Positions 39,739-51,672 of a stretch of 64,000 nucleotides of DNA are shown piece by piece (the stretch's first letter is position 1; the number at the start of each line of letters is the position of its first letter). A program made the translations under genes and the position numbers. The notes beneath the pieces were generated by a model. It searched no databases, was not told where the DNA came from, and was given only the letters and a program-made list of their open reading frames with translations. Source of the DNA: Candidatus Latescibacterota bacterium (GTDB lineage Bacteria; Latescibacterota; UBA2968; UBA8231); assembly GCA_965219385.1 (NCBI GenBank), contig CBDCNM010000002.1, forward strand, positions 282,639-346,638, written 5' to 3'.

Positions 39739-40938
39739 ATGCGGACAGCGGATATCATCGCCCAGGAAAGTCGGTACATTATCCAGACCTATGGCCGGCC
39801 CGAATTCGTGCTGGAACGGGGAAACGGCGTCTATCTTTTCGACCTGGATGGCAATCGCTATCTCGACTTTGTCAGCGGCCTGGCGGTCAACGGTTTTGGC
39901 TACGGGGATTACGATATCCTCAAGGCTATCGAAGAACAGGCCGCGCAGTTAATGCACTGCTCCAACCTCTATCACACCATCCCTTCGACCCGGCTGGCCA
40001 AGGAGCTGGTGGAAAACTCCTTCGCCGATCGCGTCTTCTTCTGCAACAGCGGTACCGAGGCCTGGGAAGCCTCCCTGAAGTTTTGCCGCAAATGGGGCAA
40101 TACCAGCTTCGACCAGCCCAAGAACCGCTTCATCGCCATGAATGATTCCTTCCACGGCCGCACCTACGGGTCCATTTCCACTACCGGGCAGCCCAAGTAT
40201 CACAAGGGCTTCGAACCTTTGTTGCCGGGCATTGACTTTGCGGACTTCAACGACCTCGAATCGGTAGAAAAACTGGTCGGAGACGAAACCTGCGCCATCC
40301 TGGTCGAGCCGATTCAGGCGGAAGGGGGCATCCACATGGCCACGCCGGAATTTCTCGAGGGTTTGCGGGCCCTGTGCGACGAGCACGACATGTTGCTGGT
40401 CTTCGATGAAATCCAGGTGGGGCTAGGGCGCACCGGTTCGTTGTGGGCGCATCAGCAGTACCAGGTCGAACCCGATATCATGACCCTGGCCAAGGCCCTG
40501 GGCGGGGGGTTGCCGATCGGAGTATCCCTGCTGCGCCAGAAAGTGGCCGCCGCCATCCAGGCCGGGGATCACGCCGCGACCTTTGGGGCCAATCCCGTGG
40601 TCTGTGCCGTGGCCCTGCGGGTATTTGAGAAATTGACCGCAGAAGGGTTCGTGGAAGCGATCAAGGAAAAGGGCGAGTACCTGATCGCGCGCCTGGGGAA
40701 ACTGCAGGAGAGGTGGCCCGAGCACATCAAGGGCGTCCGGGGCCGTGGCCTGATCGCCGGCGCCGTGACCGAACGGCCGGCGGCCGACTACCTGGCCCCT
40801 TTTCGGGAGCGCGATATCCTGGTGGCTACAGCGGGCCCCGAGGTGGTGCGTTTTCTGCCCCCTCTAATTATCGAGAAGGATCACCTCGACGAGGTGATCG
40901 ATGTGTTCGATGAGATCCTGCGCCAGGGACTGGATTGA
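39739..40938 (+). CDS. argD: Acetylornithine aminotransferase
   Basis: NSGTEA, SFHGRT, DEIQ.G.GRTG, TLAKALGGG. Confidence 0.95.
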   Translation: MRTADIIAQESRYIIQTYGRPEFVLERGNGVYLFDLDGNRYLDFVSGLAVNGFGYGDYDILKAIEEQAAQLMHCSNLYHTIPSTRLAKELVENSFADRVFFCNSGTEAWEASLKFCRKWGNTSFDQPKNRFIAMNDSFHGRTYGSISTTGQPKYHKGFEPLLPGIDFADFNDLESVEKLVGDETCAILVEPIQAEGGIHMATPEFLEGLRALCDEHDMLLVFDEIQVGLGRTGSLWAHQQYQVEPDIMTLAKALGGGLPIGVSLLRQKVAAAIQAGDHAATFGANPVVCAVALRVFEKLTAEGFVEAIKEKGEYLIARLGKLQERWPEHIKGVRGRGLIAGAVTERPAADYLAPFRERDILVATAGPEVVRFLPPLIIEKDHLDEVIDVFDEILRQGLD

Positions 40939-40955
40939 GAATTGCCCGGCAAAGT

Positions 40956-42344
40956 ATGAGCGCAAAGGATGCGAAGAAAGCCTGGGACGGGCGTTTCAGC
41001 GCAGCTACGGATGAGTTGATGGAGCGCTTCAATGCCTCCATTGGATTCGACCGCAAGCTCCTGGAGGTCGATGTGGCCGGGAGTGTGGTCTATGCCCGGG
41101 CCCTGCACAAAGCCGGGGTCCTGGATTCGAGCGAATCCGAGTGCATCATCCAGGGTTTGCACCAGGTCAGGGAGGAAATGGCGCGGGCGGACTGTGAGCT
41201 GGGGCCGGACCTGGAGGATATCCACCTGGCCGTGGAGCGCCGCCTGACCGAAATCATCGGGCCGCTGGGGGGCAAGCTGCACACCGGGCGCAGCCGCAAC
41301 GATCAGGTGAGCCTGGACGAGCGGCTCTACCTGCGCCAGGCCGTCATCGGCCTGAAGGACCTCATCCGCGGCTTACAGGCCGTTCTGCTGGATGTGGCCG
41401 AGGAGCATATCGAAGTGGTGTTGCCCGGATACACCCACCTCCAGCAGGCCCAGCCGATCCTCTTCGGCCACTATGCCCTGTCCTTGTTCTGGATGCTGGA
41501 GCGGGACCGGGGGCGCCTGGAGGATGGGTGGAAAAGAGCGGATTTTCTACCTTTGGGCGCCGGGGCCCTGGCCGGCAGCACCTTTCCTCTGGACCGCGAG
41601 TTTTTGGCCCGGGAGTTGGGCTTCAGCAGGGTGACGCCCAACAGCCTGGACGCGGTCAGCGACCGCGATTTCCTGCTCGAATGCTTGGCGGCACTGTCCA
41701 TCCTCATGATGCACCTGAGCCGTTTCTGCGAGGATTTGATCCTCTGGTCATCGGCGGAATTCGGTTTTGTCGAACTGGACGATGCCTTTGCCACGGGCTC
41801 CAGCATGATGCCGCAGAAAAAGAATCCGGACTCACTGGAGTTGATCCGGGGCAAATGCGGCCGGGTGTACGGGGACCTGATGAGTCTTTTGACCACCATG
41901 AAGGGGATCCCTCACACCTACGCCAAGGACATGCAGGAAGATAAGGAACCCCTCTTCGATGCGCTCGAAACCACCCAGATCTGTCTGCAGGTCTTCAAGG
42001 GCGTGTGGGAGACCCTGAAGTTGCGGGAACAGCGCATGGCACAGGCCATCGACGGCCATGCCCTGGCCACGGATCTGGCGGATTATCTGGTTCGTCGGGG
42101 AATGGCATTCAGGGAGGCGCACCACCTCGTCGGCAATTTGGTGCGCCAGACCATGGACGCCGGGAGAGCCCTGACTGCGCTGGAGCCGGAGGAATTGCGC
42201 CGGCACTCGGACCTGTTCGGGGAGGACGTGGTGGAACGGCTGAATGTGCGACGCAGTCTGGAATTGCGCAACATCGAGGGCGGCACCGGTCCCCAGGCCG
42301 TGCGGCGCCAGCTGCAACAGGCGCGCGCCCTGCTGAACGCGTAG
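40956..42344 (+). CDS. argH: Argininosuccinate lyase
   Basis: HTGRSRNDQ, PGYTHLQ, GSSMMPQKKNPD. Confidence 0.98.
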   Translation: MSAKDAKKAWDGRFSAATDELMERFNASIGFDRKLLEVDVAGSVVYARALHKAGVLDSSESECIIQGLHQVREEMARADCELGPDLEDIHLAVERRLTEIIGPLGGKLHTGRSRNDQVSLDERLYLRQAVIGLKDLIRGLQAVLLDVAEEHIEVVLPGYTHLQQAQPILFGHYALSLFWMLERDRGRLEDGWKRADFLPLGAGALAGSTFPLDREFLARELGFSRVTPNSLDAVSDRDFLLECLAALSILMMHLSRFCEDLILWSSAEFGFVELDDAFATGSSMMPQKKNPDSLELIRGKCGRVYGDLMSLLTTMKGIPHTYAKDMQEDKEPLFDALETTQICLQVFKGVWETLKLREQRMAQAIDGHALATDLADYLVRRGMAFREAHHLVGNLVRQTMDAGRALTALEPEELRRHSDLFGEDVVERLNVRRSLELRNIEGGTGPQAVRRQLQQARALLNA

Positions 42345-42353
42345 CCTTTTCCA

Positions 42354-43748
42354 ATGGCAACAGCAACAGATATACGGGTGCGGAGTGCGACGCTGTACTT
42401 CCTCCCTGTAGCAACCCGGATGCCGCTCAAGTTCGGACCGGAGACCCTGACCAGTGTGACCTGCGCCCGGGCGTGTATCCGGGTCGAAGACGGGCAGGGT
42501 AGGGGGGCCGAAGGTTGGGGTGAGACGCCGCTGAGCGTGCAGTGGGTCTGGCCCGGCAGTCTGTCCTATGGCGAGCGGCACGAGGCCCTGAAGGATTTCT
42601 GTGTCGAACTGGCCAGGGCCTGGAACGATTTTCAGGTCAGCGGCCACCCCCTGGAAATCGGACACGCCTTTCAAGAAGTGCTCTCCCACCTCTTGCTTCG
42701 GTTCAACCAATCCCGTACAGATCCCATGCCCTGGCTGGCGGCCCTGGTGTGCTGTTCGGCCTTCGATATTGCCGTGCACGATGCCTATGGCCTGCTGCAC
42801 CAGTGTCCGGTGTACCAGACCTACAATGCCCGCTTCATGAACCTCGACCTTTCCCATTTTCTCAAACCGGCGGCGGGGACACAGGCATTTTTCGCCCATA
42901 GTTACCCGGAAGATTTTCTGGTGCGACCTCCCCAGGATCGACTCCCTGCCTGGCACCTGGTAGGGGGGGTGGATCCGCTCGACGACTCTGAACTGGACGG
43001 CAGTGAACCCGACGATGGTTATCCGGTACTTCTGGAGGATTGGATCCTGAGCGATGGTCTGAAATGCCTCAAGGTCAAGTTGCGCGGCAATGATGCCGAG
43101 TGGGATCTCGAGCGCCTGGTGAGGGTAGGGCGGATCGGCATGGAGCAGGGGGCGGACTGGCTGTCGAGCGATTTCAACTGCACGGTCCAGGATCCAGCCT
43201 ACGTCAACCAGATCCTGGACCGCCTTCTGGCCGACTACCCGAGGATCTACGGGATGATCCTCTATGTGGAGCAGCCTTTTCCCTACGAGTTGGAAGAGCA
43301 TCGGATCGATGTCCACAGTGTGGCGGCGCGCAAACCTTTGTTTATGGACGAGAGCGCGCACGACTGGCGCCTGGTCGAGTTGGGGCGTTCCCTGGGATGG
43401 ACCGGCGTGGCCTTGAAAACCTGCAAAACCCAGACCGGGGCCTTGCTGAGCTTGTGCTGGGCCAGGGCCCACGGCATGACCTTGATGGTCCAGGATCTGA
43501 CCAATCCTATGCTGGCGCAGATTCCCCACCTGCTTCTGGCCGCCCACGGAGGCACCATCATGGGGGTCGAAACCAACAGCATGCAGTTTTATCCCGAGGC
43601 CTCGCTGGCGGAAGCTGCCGTGCACCCGGGATTGTACAGGAGGCGTCGGGGAGAGGTCGATCTATCCACTGCTGCAGGGCCGGGTTTCGGCTACCGGGTG
43701 GAACGGATAGAGAGAGAACTGCCCGAGCCGGCGGCGGCATTCGGCTAG
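42354..43748 (+). CDS. Enolase superfamily (mandelate racemase/MLE-like) enzyme
   Basis: KVK motif, metal ligands in SDFN / YVEQP / MDES, ALKTCK, PGFG. Confidence 0.8.
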   Translation: MATATDIRVRSATLYFLPVATRMPLKFGPETLTSVTCARACIRVEDGQGRGAEGWGETPLSVQWVWPGSLSYGERHEALKDFCVELARAWNDFQVSGHPLEIGHAFQEVLSHLLLRFNQSRTDPMPWLAALVCCSAFDIAVHDAYGLLHQCPVYQTYNARFMNLDLSHFLKPAAGTQAFFAHSYPEDFLVRPPQDRLPAWHLVGGVDPLDDSELDGSEPDDGYPVLLEDWILSDGLKCLKVKLRGNDAEWDLERLVRVGRIGMEQGADWLSSDFNCTVQDPAYVNQILDRLLADYPRIYGMILYVEQPFPYELEEHRIDVHSVAARKPLFMDESAHDWRLVELGRSLGWTGVALKTCKTQTGALLSLCWARAHGMTLMVQDLTNPMLAQIPHLLLAAHGGTIMGVETNSMQFYPEASLAEAAVHPGLYRRRRGEVDLSTAAGPGFGYRVERIERELPEPAAAFG

Positions 43749-43873
43749 GAAGGCCCAATATGTGCGACGAAATTTTCTCTTTATTTTGCCGGGTGAAATG
43801 GCTAAAGTTATAGTATAACCAGGCCTTGGAGCATTCGAGGCCCTCACCACCTTTGCGCAGGAGAAACACCAGC

Positions 43874-44788
43874 ATGGATTTTGCATCGACGCGACAGGGA
43901 TTGTACGAAAACGTGGTAGCCGTGCCGACCACGATCTGGAAGGCGCCTGGCGAGCTGGACCTGGAGGCCAACGCAGCCAATGCCGAGTATATTTTTAAGC
44001 ATGGGGTGACGGCGGCGGTCTACGCCGGTGGCGTGGGTGAGCACGACCGGCTTTCGGTCGAGCAACAGAAAGATTTGCTCGGGGCCGTCGGAGAGGTGGC
44101 CCGGGCTTCCGGGAACAACATCTGCCTGGGTGCGGGGTTGGGCCGCACCGTGGAGCGGGTGTGGGAACTGGCTCCTGCCCTGGCCGAGATCGGTGTTAGC
44201 TGGGCCATGCTGATGTCCCCGCCGATCGACGATCAGGACGAGCAATACGCCTACTACAGCGAGGTCATGGGGATTTTGAACCAGCACGGGGTCTGGCCAT
44301 TGCTCTACCCCCGGCCCGAACATCCCATGTCAGTAGGGCTGCTCGAACGGCTCTTTGATGGGTTTGCGATCCCAGGGGTCAAGCTAGCCCACAATGGCAT
44401 GTTGATGGCCTATGCCGAGATGGTGAGTCGCCTGGGCCATGAGAACTGCGCCTGGCTCTGTGGCACTGCCGGATGGTGGATGCCTTCATACCATGCGGTG
44501 GATGCGGCCCGGGGCATGTCTTCGGGCATTGTCAACGCCTTCCCTCAGCGGCCGGTGAAGCTTTTGAATAAAATCCTGGGCGGTGATTTCCAGCGCGATA
44601 AGGACTACTGGACCATGGTGCGGATAGAGCAGATCCGCCAGCGGCAGCCAGCCAACATCCCCCTGGTCATCAAACACATGCAGGAAGTGGTTGGCTTGAA
44701 GGGGGGCATGAACGGGGATGGGGCGGAGTTGCCGGGCGAAGCTAAGGCAGAAGTGGATAGCCTGGTTCGGGAAGCGGGATGGGTCTAG
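43874..44788 (+). CDS. DHDPS/NAL-family aldolase or dehydratase
   Basis: GGVGE, LS..Q, LLY, GVK Schiff-base Lys. Confidence 0.75.
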   Translation: MDFASTRQGLYENVVAVPTTIWKAPGELDLEANAANAEYIFKHGVTAAVYAGGVGEHDRLSVEQQKDLLGAVGEVARASGNNICLGAGLGRTVERVWELAPALAEIGVSWAMLMSPPIDDQDEQYAYYSEVMGILNQHGVWPLLYPRPEHPMSVGLLERLFDGFAIPGVKLAHNGMLMAYAEMVSRLGHENCAWLCGTAGWWMPSYHAVDAARGMSSGIVNAFPQRPVKLLNKILGGDFQRDKDYWTMVRIEQIRQRQPANIPLVIKHMQEVVGLKGGMNGDGAELPGEAKAEVDSLVREAGWV

Positions 44789-44881
44789 GGGAAATGAGGT
44801 GCTCCACGTCCGCCGGTTAGACGAAGCATAGGTATAATTCCTGCGAGATCCCTCCTGTGTCGAGGGAGTGAAGATAAGCCC

Positions 44882-45175
44882 ATGGAAGCCCCGATTGAAT
44901 ATCTCAAAGCCTACCCGCTCGCCGCCGTAGTGCTTGCCCTCGTGATCGGCCTATTTATCGGTAGCCTGTTCAAGAAGCTGATAAAAGCAGCCCTGATCCT
45001 GGGCGTGATCTTGCTAGTCGGCCTTTACATTACCCATAAACAGGCCTCGGAGGAATGGCGCGCCAAGGCCGATATCCTGCTGAAAAAAGCAGAGGAAAAA
45101 GCCCGGGAGTACGGACAGGAGGCCCTGGAGAAGGGCAAGGAAGCGCTCAAAGAGCACCTGACCGAAAAGGAGTGA
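44882..45175 (+). CDS. Small membrane protein with charged helical tail
   Basis: Two hydrophobic segments and a K/E-rich C-terminus. Confidence 0.65.
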   Translation: MEAPIEYLKAYPLAAVVLALVIGLFIGSLFKKLIKAALILGVILLVGLYITHKQASEEWRAKADILLKKAEEKAREYGQEALEKGKEALKEHLTEKE

Positions 45176-45189
45176 AATAACGCTGGATT

Positions 45190-47283
<2,094 letters not shown>

Positions 47284-47284
47284 T

Positions 47285-47320
47285 CAAAAAGTCGCCAGGG
47301 GGCAAAAAGTCGCCAGGGGG
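47285..47320. repeat. 18-bp tandem duplication upstream of ligA
   Basis: CAAAAAGTCGCCAGGGGG x2. Confidence 0.85.
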
Positions 47321-47522
47321 CAGGTTGGTCTTCAGAGCAATTATAGACTGAGGTCCGAACCCTGTCAATCCATCTGCTCTGTCGAGGTTTTCCTCTTTCC
47401 CGCTCCACCATGCGGCGGCAGGGCGATTCAAGTGTTGTACTGGTAGTTACGGAATTATTGCTTATATTTTATTTTTCTTCCCCGGCACCGGTTCTTCTGT
47501 CGTGATGGAGTGAGCTTACAGC

Positions 47523-48389
47523 GTGCTCTCTGCGATTCCACTTTCCGCCTATCTGGAACTGACCAAACCCAGGATTGCCGCTTTGGTACTGGTTACGGCA
47601 GCCCTGGGTTTCTTCCTTGGGGGCAGGGGGATTCACTCTCCGCTCCTGCTGGGGTATTTTCTCCTGGGAACGGCCGGCGTGGTCGGCGGGTCGGGGGTGC
47701 TCAATCACGTCCTAGAACGCGATGCGGACCGCCGCATGGAGCGCACCCGCAACAGGCCTCTCCCCGCCGGTCTGATCAAGCCTGCCTCGGCTATGTCTTT
47801 TGGAATTTTCCTGGTGCTGGCCGGACTTTTTGTCCTCCTGGCTACTACCAATCTACTGACGGCCTTTCTGGCCCTGCTCTCGGCCTTCCTCTACGTGGTG
47901 ATCTATACCCCGATGAAGCGCCTGACCTGGTTGAATACCTCTCTGGGGGCCATCCCCGGTTCCCTGCCTCCGGTAGGGGGGTGGACGGCGGCCACCGGTG
48001 GACTGGATACCGGCGCCTGGGTGCTTTTCCTGATCCTCTTTGCCTGGCAGCACCCCCATTTCTATGCGATTGCCTGGATATTCAGAGAGGATTACCGCCG
48101 CGGAGGGTTCAAGATGCTTCCTGTGGTGGAGCCGGATGGCAAGAGCACCTGTCGGCAAATCATCGTTTTTTCCGTCCTCTTGATCCTGGTTTCCACGCTG
48201 CCCACCTTCCTGGGCATTTCCGGATGGATTTACCTGTGCGGGGCCGTGCTCATGGGCCTGGGGATGCTGGTCGTGGGCATTGCCCTGACCCTGTCCAGAT
48301 CCCATCTCGACGCCTGGCGTTTGCTCAAAGCGTCGGTGCTCTATCTGCCGTTGCTGTTGCTGCTGAGCGTGGCGGATGGGGGGTTTTGA
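47523..48389 (+). CDS. cyoE: Protoheme IX farnesyltransferase (heme O synthase)
   Basis: LTKPRI, D..M.RT..RPLP, YTPMKR, WQHPHF. Confidence 0.95.
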   Translation: MLSAIPLSAYLELTKPRIAALVLVTAALGFFLGGRGIHSPLLLGYFLLGTAGVVGGSGVLNHVLERDADRRMERTRNRPLPAGLIKPASAMSFGIFLVLAGLFVLLATTNLLTAFLALLSAFLYVVIYTPMKRLTWLNTSLGAIPGSLPPVGGWTAATGGLDTGAWVLFLILFAWQHPHFYAIAWIFREDYRRGGFKMLPVVEPDGKSTCRQIIVFSVLLILVSTLPTFLGISGWIYLCGAVLMGLGMLVVGIALTLSRSHLDAWRLLKASVLYLPLLLLLSVADGGF

Positions 48390-48401
48390 GAAGGCTCCTT
48401 A

Positions 48402-49007
48402 CTACGATCCCCGCTGCACATGTGCCCGGGCGCGTTTGTAGTCCTCCGGGGTGTTGATATTCATAAAGAGGGTATCGCCGGAGGCAAAGACCTGCCATTC
48501 ATCGGGTTCGAGAATGCGGACATCCACTTCCTCGTGGAAGGCGTTCATGTGGAGCTGATTGCCCTCCAGCGCTCGCTCGATGGCGGGCAGGCAGGAGCGG
48601 GTGTACACCGCGCACAGGCGTTGCAGCCCCTCGTTGCTTCGGGGTACCACAGCCTGGTGGTCTTTCAGTTCGTCCAGCATAAAGCGCAAAAATTCGGTCC
48701 TGACAAAGGGCAGGTCGCAGGCCAGGAGGAGGACCACCGGAGACAGGGCCCGCTCGAGCGCGGTGTAGAGTCCTCCGATAGGGCCGAGGTTGGAGCGCAG
48801 ATCCGGATGGATGGACAGGTCAAACCGGGCGAACGCATCTGCAGCGCTGGAGATGATCATGCAGTCCGTGGCCAGGGGAGCAGCCGCGTTGATGACCCGC
48901 TCGATCAGGGTGGATGGGCCCAGTTTGAGAAGGGCCTTGTTGCAGCCCATGCGGCGGCTTTGACCGCCGGCCAGGATAGCCGCTGAGACGCGGGGTGCCT
49001 TGTCCAT
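48402..49007 (-). CDS. mobA: Molybdenum cofactor guanylyltransferase
   Basis: ILAGGQSRRMG.NKA, GPIGG, ACDLPF, NINTPED. Confidence 0.92.
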   Translation of the reverse strand: MDKAPRVSAAILAGGQSRRMGCNKALLKLGPSTLIERVINAAAPLATDCMIISSAADAFARFDLSIHPDLRSNLGPIGGLYTALERALSPVVLLLACDLPFVRTEFLRFMLDELKDHQAVVPRSNEGLQRLCAVYTRSCLPAIERALEGNQLHMNAFHEEVDVRILEPDEWQVFASGDTLFMNINTPEDYKRARAHVQRGS

Positions 49008-49013
49008 CCAGGA

Positions 49014-49781
49014 TCAGTCCGTGCGACAGGCGAGGTTATTGATGAGGGCTGCCGCATACCCTGCCCCAAAGCCGTTGTCGATATTGACCACGGTCACCCC
49101 CGAGGCACAGGAGTTGAGCATGGCCAGCAGAGCGGCCAGGCCATTGAAGCTGGCTCCGTAGCCCACGCTGGTGGGTACGGCGATGATCGGGGCCTCCACG
49201 AGGCCGCCCACGACACTGGGAAGAGCGCCTTCCATGCCGGCGGCCACGACAATAGCGTGGGCCGCCCCAAGCTGGTCGCGATAGGCCAGCAGGCGGTGGA
49301 TGCCGGCCACTCCCACATCGAAAATGGATTCTACCCTGGCGCCCATCGCACCGGCCGTGACCACTGCTTCCCGGGCCACGGGCAGGTCGGAGGTACCGGC
49401 GGAAACCACGGCTACCAATCCCTTTCCCGGAGAGGCCGGCACCTCGGGGTCGCGGATGAGAACCGTGCGGGCGATGGCGTCGTATTCGGCGTGGGGAAAG
49501 CGATCCACCAGAGCCCGACCGGTTGCCTCGCTCGTGCGGGTGGCCAGAAGGAAGGGGTTGCGGGCGGCAATGCGGGCGGCAATGCGCACAACCTGGTCCG
49601 TGGTCTTGCCCTGGCAAAAAATCACCTCGGGATAGCCCGTGCGCAGGCTGCGGTGATGGTCCAGATGGGCAAATCCCAGATTTTCGAACGGCAGATCTTT
49701 GAGCCGGTCAAGGGCTTTTTCCGCTGAAACCTCGCCCGCTGCCACTTGTTTTAAGAGCTGGTAAATATTGTCTGGATCCAT
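49014..49781 (-). CDS. larB: Nickel-pincer cofactor biosynthesis protein LarB
   Basis: DHHR..R.G.PEV, AGTSDLPVA, DVGVAGIHRL, AGMEGALPSV, NIDNGFGA. Confidence 0.93.
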   Translation of the reverse strand: MDPDNIYQLLKQVAAGEVSAEKALDRLKDLPFENLGFAHLDHHRSLRTGYPEVIFCQGKTTDQVVRIAARIAARNPFLLATRTSEATGRALVDRFPHAEYDAIARTVLIRDPEVPASPGKGLVAVVSAGTSDLPVAREAVVTAGAMGARVESIFDVGVAGIHRLLAYRDQLGAAHAIVVAAGMEGALPSVVGGLVEAPIIAVPTSVGYGASFNGLAALLAMLNSCASGVTVVNIDNGFGAGYAAALINNLACRTD

Positions 49782-49923
49782 GGTGAGGAATAAAGCAGAC
49801 CTGGGGATGTTGTCAACCAGTGGGAAGCTTTGCCTCCTACCTGGAAAAAATTGCTGGGGGGCCGCGTCCTCCAGGACATATACAGTGGATAATATATCCA
49901 CTTAGGGCCGTGGTCCAAATTTT

Positions 49924-50703
49924 GGGAATTATATACAATAGTAACCATTTTTCTTGACAATTGCCTTATATTTCCGTTCGGTAAAGACTGGGTCGGTTAT
50001 GGAGTCGTCTAATCTTGGCTACCAAGTCTGGGCTATTGCTATATATTTACTGACTACGAATCTGAAAAGTGTGTCTAGCATGAAATTACATCGAGATTTG
50101 GATATTACTCAAAAATCGGCATGGCACTTGGCGCATCGTATTCGGGAAACGTACAGTAAGAGCGATTTAGAAGTGCTTACCGGGTTGGTCGAAGTAGACG
50201 AGACTTATTTATATTGGCGGTAAGGAGCGCTTACAAGCACAAAGACCAGAAACTGAATACAGGTCGAGGTGCGGTGGGCAAGGCGGCGGTCGTTGGTAGA
50301 AAAGAGCGCGGAAGTGGTACGATTGTGGCCAAATCGATAGCGGCTACCGACCGGAATACCCTATTTATTGAAGAGACTATTGTGCTGGGATCAATGATTT
50401 TTACAGATGATCATCATGGCTATAGAGGTTTGAGAGTCTATTTTCACAGGTCGGTAAACCAATAGTGTGGGGGAGTATGTGAAAAACATGGCGCATACGA
50501 ATGGGATTGAATCGTTCTGGGCGGTATTCAAACGTGGTTTTCAGGGAACGTTTCACCAGTTGGACAAGAAACATCTGCATAGATATGTAACCGAGTTTGC
50601 CGGTAAGCACAATATTCGACCGCAAGGGACTTTGAACCAAATGGCTGCAATCGCTCGGGGTATGGCCAACAAGCGCTTGAAGTATGCAGCATTGGTGGGC
50701 TGA
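49924..50703 (+). mobile_element. IS1595-family transposase remnant
   Basis: SVKTG.VM, VSSMKLHRDL.ITQKSAW, VEVDETY, TD, NGIESFW, YVTEF in three broken ORFs; AT-rich; N-terminal zinc ribbon missing. Confidence 0.85.
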
Positions 50704-50711
50704 ATTGCCTA

Positions 50712-51665
50712 GGCTGTGTACGATAATTGCTTGAAATAGTATTGGGACGTGGTATACTCTCTTTCAACCATTGAATCGAAGGAGGGGATACCGATGGCCC
50801 GCTACGACTTAACCGATGAAGAATTTGCCCTGCTAAAGCCGTTGTTACCTGCCGAACGGTCGGGCAAACCGGGCTGCCCTTATCGGAGTCATCGCCAAGT
50901 GCTCAACGGCATTTTCTGGATTTTACGCACCGGCGCGCCTTGGCGCGATTTGCCCCCCCGGTACGGCCCTTGGAGCACGGGGGCCGACCGGTTTCGTCGT
51001 TGGGAACAAAAAGGCTTATGGCAACAGATCCTGGATGCGTTAGAAGCCCAAGCGCGCCATATGGATCAGATCGATTTTACGTTCGCCGCCCTCGATGGGA
51101 GCATCGTTCGGGCGCATAAAGCAGCCGCCGGGGCAAAAAAAACATAAATGGTGTTTCCATAAGCCGTGAAGAAAGCCTTCAAAAACAGGGGCTTGGGCAA
51201 AGCCGTGGCGGCTATACCACCAAAATTCATGTCCTTTGTGAAGGGGCGGGCAAGCCCATCACGGTTACCATAACCCCGGGTCAGCAGCATGAATCCACCC
51301 AGGTAGACGCCTTGCTCGATTCAGTGGCCATTGGAGGCAAACCCGGTCCCAAGCGCACCCGGTTTGAAGCCCTGGCCGGTGATAAAGCCTATGATAGTCA
51401 ATCCATCCGCGAGAAACTGCGCCAACGGCGAACCAAGCCCGTGATCGCCCATCGAAAAAATCGGCAGGGGGAGTATCCCCCTGAGGCCATCGGATTCGAC
51501 AAGGACTTATATCGGCAGCGCAATGTGGTGGAACGACTCATCGGACGGCTCAAAGAAAACCGACGCATTGCCACCCGATATGAAAAACACGCCGACAGGT
51601 ATCAGGCGATGATCATACTCGCTTTCATCCGTATTTGGCTCAAAAACCTTTTATCGTACACAGCC
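50712..51665 (+). mobile_element. IS5-family insertion sequence, apparently intact
   Basis: Perfect 19-bp inverted repeat 50708-50726 / 51651-51669 including the flanking CCTAGG (probable TA duplication); two-ORF transposase. Confidence 0.92.
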
Positions 51666-51668
51666 TAG
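50794..51668 (+). CDS. IS5 transposase expressed by -1 frameshift at A8 (51135-51142)
   Basis: OrfA: ILRTGAPWRDLP.RYGPW, DGSIVRAH. The -1 frame is open through GLGQSRGGYTTKIH, GDKAYDS, RNVVER, RRIATRYEK. Confidence 0.88.
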
Positions 51669-51672
51669 GAAA

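Noticed and set aside
47285..47320. Short tandem repeats (here and 7471-7500) as CRISPR or iterons
   Set aside because: Only two adjacent copies, no spacers and no cas or rep genes; simple slippage duplications.
49881..49901. Palindrome AGTGGATA-ATA-TATCCACT upstream of larB
   Set aside because: Could be an operator or part of the IS boundary, but a single copy cannot be assigned.
51135..51142. IS5 frameshift as evidence of a pseudogene or novelty
   Set aside because: A poly-A -1 frameshift between OrfA and OrfB is a known feature of such elements.
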